From Glaucostegus cemiculus (taxonomy: Eukaryota), in NCBI GenBank assembly GCA_976551045.1, contig CDPCPM010000479.1, positions 62,001-126,000 on the forward strand: DNA of 64,000 bases, in the 5' to 3' direction. A program made the position numbers and the translations under genes. A model generated the notes under the pieces. The model made no database searches, was not told where the DNA came from, and saw only the letters and a program-made list of their open reading frames with translations. This document shows positions 24,640-36,276 of this stretch, piece by piece (position 1 is the first letter of the stretch; every line of letters starts with the position of its first letter).

Positions 24640-25092
24640 GTTAAGAGAGTATGCATTATGATGAGAGACTATGGGAGCTAGGGCTTTACTCTTTGAAGAG
24701 AAAGAGGATAAGAGGAGACATGATAGAAGTGTATAAAATATTATGAGGAATAGATAGAGTGGACAGCCAGCACCTCTTTCCCAGAGCACCAATGCTCAAT
24801 ACAAGAGGGCATGGCTTTAAAGTAATGGGTGGGAAGTTCAAGGGAGATATCAGAGGAAGGTTTTTTTGCCCAGAGTGTGTTTGGGGCATGGAATGTGCTG
24901 CCTGGGGTGGTGGTGGAGGCAGGTACATTGGTCAGTCAGATTCAAGAGACTGCTAGATAAGCATGTGGAGGAATTTAAAATTGAGGGATATGTGGGAGGA
25001 AGGGGTTAGATAGTCTTAGGCAAGGTTTAAAGGTTGGCACAACATTGTGGGCCGAAAGGCCTGTATTGAGCTGTAGCGTTCTACGATTCTAT
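24640..25092 (+). mobile_element. CR1 3' fragment nested in an older CR1 3' UTR (flanks at about 24600-24640 and 25095-25180)
   Basis: ELGLYSLKRKRIRGDMIEVYK...DSQHLFPRAPMLNTRGHGFKV; tail ttctacgattctat. Confidence 0.88.
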
Positions 25093-27439
25093 AACGAGCG
25101 CAGAATGGGGCAGAGCAGTGGTCAACGTGGCATGGTGGAGCAAGCTTGAAGATCTGACTGGCCTGCTCCTGCTCCTAAGTTCTTTTCTCCATCCATTCCG
25201 CAGGTTATCAGGCTGCACCCAAAACATCGGCCATCTCTCTGCCTCCACAGATGCTGCTTAAAACTGCTGAGTTCCTCCAGCAGTTTGCATTTTTGCTATC
25301 AGATAGCAAAGTCTCGTGTTTGTCAAACTTGTGTCTGAGCTGCACAGTCATGATTTTTTGCTTGTTTGTTTACAAGCTGGTACATAGCTTACTGCTTTGA
25401 GCCAAAAACAGGTATGTATGTGATGGTGACTTCTACCTGAGATGCTACTGGTGATCAGCTTCTCTGTTGCAGCTGTACAGTGTGCTTCACTCCTATTTTA
25501 ATACATCTCCCCCCAACCCCCCAAGCAGGCTGAAGTTCCTTTAACCAGGCCAAACCAAAACAGAGCTAAAGATGTGCTGACACGTGGAATATTGTCAATC
25601 ATGTTTACTTAATTGGAGTCAGAATTCAATAAAAATTTGCAAACAATATTGCGTTAAGAAATGAAAGTGTGCGAAGAAGCTGTAGGGACTGCTTTTGTTC
25701 ACACTTAGGGCTGCCTTTGTATATACAATAAACAGGGTTTTCAATTTTCATTTGCTGCAGTTTTTATTAATACCAAAATAAATTTAATTGATGCAATTGT
25801 TGCCAGAGGATAAAAGAGAAGAAATAAGCTGCAAATCTTTTGATCCATTTCAGTTGTAGGCCAGTTTTAAGTATTGGATTTTCAAAGATCTGGTCTTTTA
25901 TGACATTTAGGTTTTCCACAGCTGCACCCATCTGATGTTATATACGTTACATTTTTTTTTAACTCATTAAAAACAAAGGCGAATTAATCTTCAGGTTTTA
26001 ATTATAGGTTATTTGCAAACCGCATCCAGCAGAGAGGGTTTTTTTTGAGATGGGTTATAAATTTAATTTAAAAAAAACTTTGTTGTGCTCTTATTTCATT
26101 TCATTATTAAGCAATGAGATTATAAGAAACCTCTCATTATCCCCTGGGTTTAAGTCAATCCTTGCAGAATCCTCTCGTTTTGTTGTGCTGCTTTTTTGTT
26201 CTGCGTGTCTGAGAGTCTCTGTCCGTCACTTCATTAACCCTGAGTCCTGTTCAAGGCCGGTGGGATTTGCCAGACCCTTTCACACGCTAACAAGCAAAGA
26301 TAAACAGCCAACTTTCTGCAAATAAATAAATACAAATAAAATAAATCGTAAACTTCGCGAATTAATCAGCCGCCGTGCACTTTGCCCTAACTCCATCCCA
26401 CACAGTCGGGCAACTTCCCCCCACCTCGCCCTTGGAGATCTGTGGCAATCTCCTGGCACCGATGTAAAACTACACCCTGCCCGTAAAAGAATGGGCCATT
26501 TTCTTTCCCAATTGTAGATGTAGATTCTGAAGTTTGCAAAATATTTGAAAGGGTCCAAAGTAAAGTACCCGGGTTAGATTATTTTTAATTGTATTTTTGG
26601 AAGCCATTATGAACGTTTCCTTTAGAGACCAGTTTTATTCAGCATAACATCAAAGCCGCCATCAGTATATTCAAATTACCGCTGAAAAGTGACTGTTGAG
26701 AAAACATAATTAGAAAAATTAACATAAGGAGCGGGCCATGGTGCCCTGTTACATAATTCACCCAGGGTTTGGGTCTGCAAGTAACAGGGAAATGTGGCCG
26801 GATTATCAGTTTGTGCTTTTTTTTTTCGCCAACTGACAATTTATCTTTGGCAGGGGGTGTGGCGGGACCTGATGTCCATGGGAGGAGGGAACTGCCATTG
26901 CAAATCACAAGCAGCTTCACCTCGTCTTATGACCGGCCCCGGCCCTGATGCGTGTCCTGCTGTGATATTTCCTACTGGCACACAGGTATAACAGGGGTGG
27001 GGTATCCCCAGTCCCTGCCTATTCTGGTGGTGACGGTGGGCGTCGGCAGAGGGATCCCACCACTGCAGACTGAATGAAGCACGCTGGATGTGGACGGCTG
27101 TGACATTTATTTGCTCCCATCTCCACAACATGTAGAATGTCAGAACTGGGAGTGTGTAGAAGGCCCCGAGAGTGAGAGGAAATGTAGGGAGTCCGGTCAT
27201 TGAAGCTGTCCACCCACTGAGCAGACCCTGGGTATCTCCATCCCCCCCCTCCTCCCCCACCACCGCCAGCGGATGATTCTTCATATTAATGAGCTTCCCG
27301 GTTTGAAAGGTTCATTTGCTCTCCTCCCGGTGCCAACTCCTTTTGTTCCCAGTCACACAAATTGTAACAACTCAATGTGTGGGGAAGTGTTGGCGTATCA
27401 CAGGCCTGTGCAGTTAGACAGCCAGTGGTCACGGAAAGT

Positions 27440-28130
27440 GATGATGCAGGAGGCAATTCGGCCCATCGTGTCCATGGGAGGCGGCTTCCCCCATCCCGTT
27501 TCTGAGCTGTTGACGTCTGGCCTTGGAGTTCAGGGTGTTCACTGCTGCTGTTCCACAAAGTAGGTTTCTGCATCTACCAGAAAGTTTTCGTCACCTCCCG
27601 CCACCAAGGGGGTGGGGTGGGGTGTGTGTGTGGAATCTCCTCTAATCCCTCTACAAGTTGCTTTAAACAAATATCCATTGATTGTTATCCCACCGGGCTG
27701 AAAGAAACAAGACTTCACCATCAGCTCCAAGCTTCTTATACTTTTATACATCTCAATTAAGCCTTTACTCATCCTCTCCTGTGGCAAAAAAAAACCAGTC
27801 CCAGCCGAATAAAATCTTATTCAGAACTAAATGTCTCAGTTTCTGGCAACTTCCTCTTAACTGTCCCATTCGTTACAACGAACCACCTCCCGGGAACGCG
27901 GTGACCAGAAGTGCGCGCTGTACTTTCCAGTTTACTTTCCCTGTTCCTATACTCTATGCAATAGGTCCAAAAAAACCCAATGATGTTCGGCTCCTGAACT
28001 CCTTAGCCACTCACCTTGACTCCCACTATCTGAAGAGATCTGGAGACGGTGTCTACACTTCTCGGTATCCTGCCTTGTATGTTATGCCCCCGGCCTTGAT
28101 GCCCTCTGCGAACTAAGCCTCTTTATCCGG
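27440..28130 (-). mobile_element. Highly decayed CR1
   Basis: aggaggcaattcggcccatcg reverse tail and peptide GLIEMYKSIRSL. Confidence 0.55.
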
Positions 28131-29489
28131 CCATCTGATCAGTTTATTGACCTTGGCTTCCTGCAACCTACAACTTCCTTCCAACCGAAGAGCTGGCAAT
28201 TTCTCTACAAGAAAAAAAAACCTTCTAAGGATAGAGACCTGACTAATTCATTTTGCAGACCACATCAGATTGTGTGTACATTTTAAGTATCTATGACATG
28301 AGTAATTACAAAATGAGCATTGCTCCAGTGTGCAGGACCGGTATGTTTGGCGGTGGTAGAAGGTAGAAGCTAAATATATCTGCACGCTTTAAATAAATAA
28401 TTAAATGGCTGGATGAAAGACCGGAGAGAAAATCGCTCCTTAAATATCACCTTGTTGTAGCAGTAACAGGCAGTGTTAGCGCCCGGCTTTATGCACCCAC
28501 CCAGTACGTGATATTTAAACAGTGATTCTCTCTCCTGGTATCTCTCTCTCTTTCCTTTTTTGCCTTTACTGACCTACCAGCAGCAGATCGCTGGTCTGAG
28601 CTGCATTCGGTGCTGACACGTTCGGATCAGTGGCTTCCTATTGTAGTATAGATTCTACTATTAATGATGTTTGTATAATCTCATTGTTCATCAGCGGTGA
28701 TCAGATCACCGAATTACAAAGTGGCACTTAAAAAAAACTATGTATCTGAAGTGCCCTGGTTAATTTTAACGTTTAATGTCTTTTTACGTGTTTTTAAAGA
28801 CATTTATTTTCATGACTGTGTTTTGAATATAGAACAAACATTAAACATGTAAACAATCTGCAGAACAGCAAAGGAAAGTAACGTAGCAACTTTGAAAATT
28901 GCACTTTTTCGCATTTTCTGTCCCTCCCCAACTTTGAAGTGAGAAATCCAGAACCGGAGATTATGCAGCGGGATATCTGTGCTGGAAATATAGGAGTATC
29001 AATGTAAAACCCTTCCCTCCGTCTCTCTCGTGTTGGTGGCGGTGTCATTTTACCCGGGCGAACAGAGCGGGAATGGAATTTCGGTCGACTAGGGTGGTAT
29101 CATTGAGTCGTTTCAGGACTCTGTCCTAATTTAAGTCACATTGGTTCAAATTTGAGCCTCCGCTTTGCGGCTGACGCGGATTGTATCGAGTGTATCTGTT
29201 GTAAGTGGGCACGATGCAGGTAACTCTTCGCGGTCTCATTAATATTGGTAACATGAAGTGGCCTCTCCGCTCCTGAGTGACATTCAATGGATTCATTTCC
29301 ACATGAACTGTGCTTAAAGTCTGAAAACCCCTACATCATACCAGTCTGAATTTTGTACCCACTAATGTTCACAGCTGAGGGATTTGCGAGGCGGGAGTAA
29401 ATCTACAGAAATATTCTGCCCGGGTAATCAGATTTATTCGTTCACGGGCTAAACGCGTCGCTGCAAAACTGACATTCATTGTCCAATTG

Positions 29490-29780
29490 GCCCCTGATCG
29501 CCGAGGTTTGTTAGGCCAGTTTGGAATAGATTGGGCGGGGGGTGGGGGGGTCACACATGGGATACACCAGGTGAGAGTGGCCTGAAGGGCAATAGTGAAC
29601 GTGCTTATATCGAAAATTAAGCAGTTTCATGTTCACCATCCCTGATATTACGTTTTTTAAGCCAAATGATTTAATTAATTAAAATTAATTTCCCCAGCGT
29701 CCGTGGTGAGACTCGGGCTCATGTGTATGGACTAACAGCCCGTGCTTCTGTGTGCTAGTCCACTAACTTGATCACTATAT
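29490..29780 (-). mobile_element. Old tRNA-derived SINE relic
   Basis: gtttcatgttcaccat...ttccccagcgtccgtggtgagactcgggctcatg...gctagtcca resembles the reverse of a common chondrichthyan SINE body. Confidence 0.45.
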
Positions 29781-30576
29781 TACTTAAGAACCACCTAATT
29801 GCCTTTACATAAACTTCGTACATTAGCCAGTGTAAGAGAGTTGCCAAATGTGCTGTAAAGGACGGCAAGTTGAGTAACTGCACTGTGCTGTGTCAGATCA
29901 ATGAAGTATTCAGTTGTAAAGGTCGACGCTCTGTCGGGTTTTTAAACTTCTTTCTGGTTCTCGCAACTGATAAACTACATCCTTTGAATTCTCCAGGTAT
30001 AACGTACTCTATGTGCTTTAAACAAAAACGAACTCTCCTAATCTGGCAACAAATCAATGCTTTGAAGATAAAGCGGTAATGATGGGGTTTGGTTCGATAT
30101 GCAAGTGAAAGCCATCAGAGGAAGGGCCAGATTTTCAAAAGTTTCTCCCACCGTGATGGACATGGACAGTAAATGGGGGGAAACAGCGATGATTTTATGA
30201 TATAAACAAACGACCAGCCAAGCCCACGTTTTGCTCCTAATTCTAACTATTTGGAGAGAAAGGAGGGCTCCGTTGATGGAACTCTGAATTTCCAAAAACT
30301 CATTTGAAAAAAACATTCCTATTTAGGGATTGCGTTTTAGATTTGGTGGTAAAGTAATTCAACAACCAGATTATTATTTTAAAATCAAATAGAATTTCAT
30401 TTATCATATTGCAATTCATTTCATTTTTCACAGTCGGCATACTCTTACAGATGTGATATTTAATACACTTTTTTTTATATTTTGGGGTCCAAATGCGGTA
30501 ACAAATTGCAAGAAGCGCCCTGATCTTTGTTAAACTGCGATTTTAAGAATACTGAACAACAATTTTATAGTGATTT

Positions 30577-30910
30577 NNNNNNNNNNNNNNNNNNNNNNNN
30601 NNNNNNNNNNNNNNNNNNNNNNNNNNNNNNNNNNNNNNNNNNNNNNNNNNNNNNNNNNNNNNNNNNNNNNNNNNNNNNNNNNNNNNNNNNNNNNNNNNNN
30701 NNNNNNNNNNNNNNNNNNNNNNNNNNNNNNNNNNNNNNNNNNNNNNNNNNNNNNNNNNNNNNNNNNNNNNNNNNNNNNNNNNNNNNNNNNNNNNNNNNNN
30801 NNNNNNNNNNNNNNNNNNNNNNNNNNNNNNNNNNNNNNNNNNNNNNNNNNNNNNNNNNNNNNNNNNNNNNNNNNNNNNNNNNNNNNNNNNNNNNNNNNNN
30901 NNNNNNNNNN
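30577..30910. other. Assembly gap (334 N)
   Basis: N run next to a microsatellite. Confidence 1.
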
Positions 30911-30960
30911 CACAATCACACACGTACACACAATCATACGCTTACTCAAATACACACAGT

Positions 30961-30980
30961 CTCTCTCTCTCTCTCTCTCG

Positions 30981-31041
<61 letters not shown>

Positions 31042-31046
31042 ACACA
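30961..31046. repeat. Compound (CT)n(CA)n microsatellite
   Basis: Directly visible in the sequence. Confidence 0.95.
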
Positions 31047-32164
31047 ATGAAATATTGTCAACTGGGTTCAACTAAACCAGCATTAATGCTCTTCGGGTTG
31101 GAAGAAACATTGATCCAGCTTTTTTCTTTAGAAACTCCTTACAGCAAAGCACTGAAAGTTTGTGTGAGTGAGGTGGGCACCAGCTCTCAAATACTCCCAA
31201 AAGCAATTTGTTTCTTTTCGGCTGCATTATTCCTCAGTGATTACTCCACAGCGAGGTATCATTGGCTTTTGTGACTCGGGTGATCCCATCAAGTTTTAAC
31301 ACTATTATTGCTGATCTCTACCCGCTACAAATATCCCCTCTGCTTCCCACAGTTGTTTCAGTGTGACCTCTGGAGCAGCAGAAACCTTTCATTAAGACAA
31401 CTTCCAATCTAAGGGACCGTTAACTGCTTTTCTCAAATTGTACTGTCTATAAAGAAACAGGCAAAACCCAACTGTTGTCAGAAATTGACCAAACCCCATG
31501 ATCAACATTTGCAACGAACATTCTTAACCATCTGATAATTATGTAATCTTTAAATGAAAGGCGGGATAATGTAATCTAATGTGGACTTCCAAGCGATTAA
31601 ACGACTCAAAATCGCACTTGGCTGACTCAGTTTGAGTCAGGTTGTTGGCCTTTAAAAGCTAAGACTCTAAATGGGAACAGAAATAATGACATTAATTGTG
31701 TGCACCGTTTGGTTGTTCAGATGAATCGAGAGCACCTCAGAGTGCTGCCCCGCCTTTACCCAGTTAGTTACGCACCAGGGATTCCCTGGCACTGGGACAT
31801 AATTCTTCACGACCCCCAATTCCCGGATCCAGTGCACCTATTAACAGTATTTACAGAACAACATGGTAAAAAGATCATCTGCTCATCTCCTTGGAACAGA
31901 AGGACCAAAACGTGGAAAACAAATTAAAATAACAAAGGACGGGGTGTAAAACAGAGCTGGACTGTCACACTGGGGCTCTTGGGAGGAGACTTGGGTACCG
32001 GCTTGTGTCCCCTGTAAACGGACGACATGATATCTACTGGCCAGTTTGTTGTTCAACGGCTGCATTTTGAATCCTGGTCACTAACAATTCAAAGGGTTAT
32101 AGAATTTAAAGTACATGCCTGAATTTTGCCAGTAAACTTTTTTTTAATAAATAAGAGCGAATCC

Positions 32165-32170
32165 TTTATT
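32165..32170 (-). terminator. Candidate distal BARHL1 polyadenylation signal
   Basis: AATAAA on the minus strand about 1.4 kb after the stop. A proximal AATAAA also exists at 33512-33517; which one is used is unknown. Confidence 0.4.
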
Positions 32171-33573
32171 GACTGAAATATAATTTTAAAAAATGGAGCT
32201 GTGTTGAACATTCTTCCATAATTTGTCTTTCAATATATTACAAATGACAGGTGTAAACAGAAACACGGCTATTCCAGAAATGCCTGCAAGGAAATGTATC
32301 GACATGTTGAAATTCTCCATTGACGAACTATCGGTATAAAAATAATAACGTTTCCAAACTCTTGAAACAGAATATCAGACATTGAATCTCGGCATCTTGT
32401 TCTCTCCTTGATGCTGCGTTCAGCAGCGATTAAATGGAATACTGACGTGTGAGCTGCTGACAGCTACAGGAATTCACATTTACGCACACCGCTCTAAAGG
32501 ACAGTCATTCCACTTAAACAGCATTCAAACTTTTCTTTTGTAACAATTATTGTACAGCCAGTTTGCAAGGCGTGCTGTAAAAATGATATAATTAGAGCTG
32601 CAAATATTTTAAGATCTGTCGTTGAAATGGAGTATTCACAAAACAGGAATTAAAAAATAAAAGTTCTGAGACAATACAGCATTTAAGGGGTGTAGATAGA
32701 AAATGGGTTGATTGAGTTTTAGAATTGTTCCAAACACTTTTTTTTCTTTTAAACCCCGCAATGACGACTTGTTGAGTTTGGGTGCATGAAACCGAGCGGC
32801 CTCTTGAGTTTTTTTTTCGGCCGAATGTCGATTCTTTTTTTCTCTCTCTCTGTGTCCTGCTGGGAACTGAGGGCGCCGGGGAATGCCAGGATCCGCTATC
32901 CATCTGTCAGGCTCCCGAAGCCGGGGTGCCGCTCTCAGGCTGCCGCGCTAACAGCTGCCAGCTCCAACTCCAACGCGGTATTCAATAAATAATCATATCT
33001 GTGATACAGGGCGAGGTGTAGGGGGTAGCGCTGGGGAAAGGGTTTAGTCATCTCTCCGTCTTCAATCTCCACCCATATAAAATCAAAACACAACAGGAAA
33101 CTACAAAATGTACGCACAGATAAAACAATACACTCACGTGGTATTTACAATATAATACAGAGATTTCGTTGATCATTGTAACTTACTTTTAAAATAAATA
33201 AATTGTACAATTTAAATGCTTAATAGCAACAAAAAGTATTTTAAATAGTGCAACATCACCACTTACTGTTATCATACCATGAAGTTGATTTCTGTTTTGT
33301 AAAAAACTATAAATTTTTAAAAAGAAAAATAATAAACTATAGATGTTAAGGATGAATTAAAACATTTTAAAATTAAGACAATGTTTGCATCACAGTTAAA
33401 AACCTCTCACTTTTTACACAAAAAAGTTTTAAAATAAAGACCATAAATACAGTAGAATACAATCTTTCTTAAAAATCGTTTCACTTTTTTTTTAAATACT
33501 GGAGCTTTTTTTTTATTATTTTGATTTTAGTTGTTGCTTCCACTAAAGTCCGAGCGGGGCCGAGCGGCTCATC

Positions 33574-33865
33574 TCATCGAGGCTGCGGCGGCCGAGGGAG
33601 GACGCCTGCGAGACCGGGAAGAGGCGGAGGTTGTTCGCCCCCCGCTGCCAGTCCGTGGATGAGCACTCGAGGGACGATTGGTCGTTGGATGACGGGGTGA
33701 GGAGCGGCGGGACCCCGGTACATGTACATGGCAGTCGGGTCTAAATTGGAAACGACGTTAGGGTGGTAGAAATAAGGTGATGGGAACATACGCTGGAGAG
33801 CCGAATAGTTTCCGGCCTCTGCCAAGAGTTCCAGTCCCACGGCTGTCTGTCTTTTCCATTTCGTC
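33574..33865 (-). CDS. BARHL1: BARHL1 coding exon 3
   Basis: (R)TKWKRQTAVGLELLAEAGNYSALQRMFPSPYFY...PRPPQPR*. Acceptor ccccaacag; 292 nt. The three exons total 966 nt, i.e. 321 aa plus stop. The termini and DHQLAQLE fit BARHL1 better than BARHL2. Confidence 0.96.
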
Positions 33866-36150
33866 CTGTTGGGGAAGGGAACAGAATTAATTCTTCAATT
33901 GTAGATAAATCCGGGTTAAAATTGGTCTCATTTTAACACTTAAAATCGCAGAGTATTGGTCAGAACCAAACTCTGGACTGATTTCCAGTTCACTGTGTGG
34001 ATCAGACGGCTTCGACCCCAGGCGAATGAGACGTTCTGGATCAGAACACGGGCGAGCTGCCTGTTAGACCGCTTAAGGCTCTGTTCCCGGCAGCGGACGG
34101 TGGTTCCGTGGGCTTGGGAAGCGGGTCAGGAGCTAAATAATTAGCCCCGTCTTTGCTCTTGTGTCGTGTAGCCGAGGTTGTACTGGCTATTAGAATGTGC
34201 ATGTATTTATAAATATTGTATATTAAAACATATTATGCAGTGTGTGATTAAACTGCTTGTGTATGTGCGTGTGTTATAGCTTAAAGAGGTAGATGGATCT
34301 TTTACTCTGGGATCTCACACAGGGTTTCGGCGTCGCTATCATTTGGAGAAGGTCTGTGAGTGACTCGATAAACTCTGACAATATTAACTGGGCTAATTCC
34401 TACAAACTTCCAATCCGAAGCTGAGTGAGAATCGGTCTGATCTCACTGAGGGAAGGGAAATCGATAAGGAATCGCATTCTCCTTTCCTAACATCCCACCG
34501 GCTTTTCCCAAGGCTTGGATAAAGAAATGCAGGAGGGGAACTCTGGTTCCTGAGAAATGACCGTCCCTCTGATCCTCCACTGTTGTTTAAGCACAGTCTT
34601 ACATTTCTTTCAGTTTCTTAATTTCGCGTTCGGGTGCTTTACGGTGCAACGACAGTTCTGTTTACCCGCAGTCGAGAATATTCAAGGAATCGAAGGGGAG
34701 AATAACAGGGGTGAAGGGGTATCAGGCAGTGCAGAGGCCGGGACCTGTGCTGAGGCTGACCTCATTCATTTACACTGGGTTTCATCGTCCACACGCACAA
34801 CAGTCTTTACGTTTAATCCCGCTTCAATCCAGGAATATTTGCAACAAGTTCTGTCTCCTATTCTGAGTTTTCTCACAGATCTGTCGCGTTCAGGCCAATA
34901 AGCACCGCCCTCCCCAATAAACCAAACCTGGCCCCATCCTCTCCCTGATTTTGTTCACCGTGACAACCAGAAATAACATTAATTATTTTTTTTAAAATCT
35001 GCTTTGGTGGAAATACTTTGTTTAAGGAGAGTGGGGGTGTTTTGTAGATAGGATTTTGTTCTTGATTCCCTGTAATGAGCTGTCAGGCCCCACAAAGAGA
35101 GGTTTGTCAATCACTCTAATTTTTAAAGGCGGGATGTCCCTTGAAGGATTCCAAATCTGTCACCAACCAATGGATCGATTATTTTTTAATTATGTTCTCC
35201 TTCTCGCCGTCTACAGTTTAAGGATGTCTTAATGTCAGGAGACTGAACGTGTCAGGCCATAGATCTCAAAGTAGACTCTGGTCTCTGGTAGGTCCTTGTC
35301 AATGAATGTCAACCGCTGGCAGGTGGTGACAGAAGTTATATTGAACCTGTCTCCTTCTCTCTGGAAAAGGTATGGCCCCCCTCTCGGCCTATCTCTGTAT
35401 CACCTGCGGGTGTTAGGTTGGTATTGCGCGCCGGACCCTAAACTGATTCGTGCCCATTGCCCGGAAAGAATCATTTCCAAACGGGTGCAGTTACCGAACG
35501 AATCCTTGGAGAACGAGTGAAGAAAGTTCAGGGGGGAATGCTCAGAGTTACCGCCAATATTACACGCGGGTGGAAGGGCAGTGGAGATATCTGAGGCACT
35601 TTTTACACCAGAAAAAAATCCCTCTCCCTTCCACTAGGTAAAGATCGTTACTTGGGGGGTCGGATGAAGGGTGTCGATGTGGAATCACATGTCGACACTT
35701 CTTCCTGTACCGAATCTGTGCCATAAAATTCTAAACTCTCGGCTAGAATTGTTGTAAAGGGCTGTTCATCCACAGAAAGAGGTGGGGGGAGTGGGGGGGG
35801 TGGCAAATGAGACTTGGGAATTCGTGCAAGAATTGGTCTGCGAAATAATATGAAATTAGCAACTTTGTGTGGTGTGTGGAGCTCGAATTCACACCTAGAG
35901 TTCCGCAAACTTCTAGTCTGAGAGCGGAGGTTTGGGTGCGGACAGAAGGTTTCGTGTTTTTTTTCCAGGATACATCTCTATAAATTTTGGTTTTAACATG
36001 ATTACAAATGATTGGCTTTATACAAGCCGGGGAGAACTAAACATATAAATGTGGCGAAAAGATATTAACGAATCCACGTAAAGTTGTACAATCCTTTCCT
36101 TTCATATATGACAGGTAAGTCTTAATATATGTGGCGGTATTTCTTACAAA

Positions 36151-36152
<2 letters not shown>

Positions 36153-36206
<54 letters not shown>

Positions 36207-36276
36207 CGTGTAATGTGGACACAAAATATACACATCAATACATAAAACCAGACACACACACACACACACACACACA
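36153..36276. repeat. (GT)26 and about (AC)12 microsatellites in BARHL1 intron 2
   Basis: GT run at 36153-36204; AC run at about 36253-36276. Confidence 0.95.

Noticed and set aside
28454-28470. 17-mer nearly identical to 63656-63672 (16 of 17)
   Set aside because: A rough estimate gives several such pairs by chance in 64 kb, so this is not evidence of duplication.
30527-31274. Long ORFs crossing N runs (also near 39.1 kb and 44.7 kb)
   Set aside because: Artefacts of assembly gaps and microsatellites.
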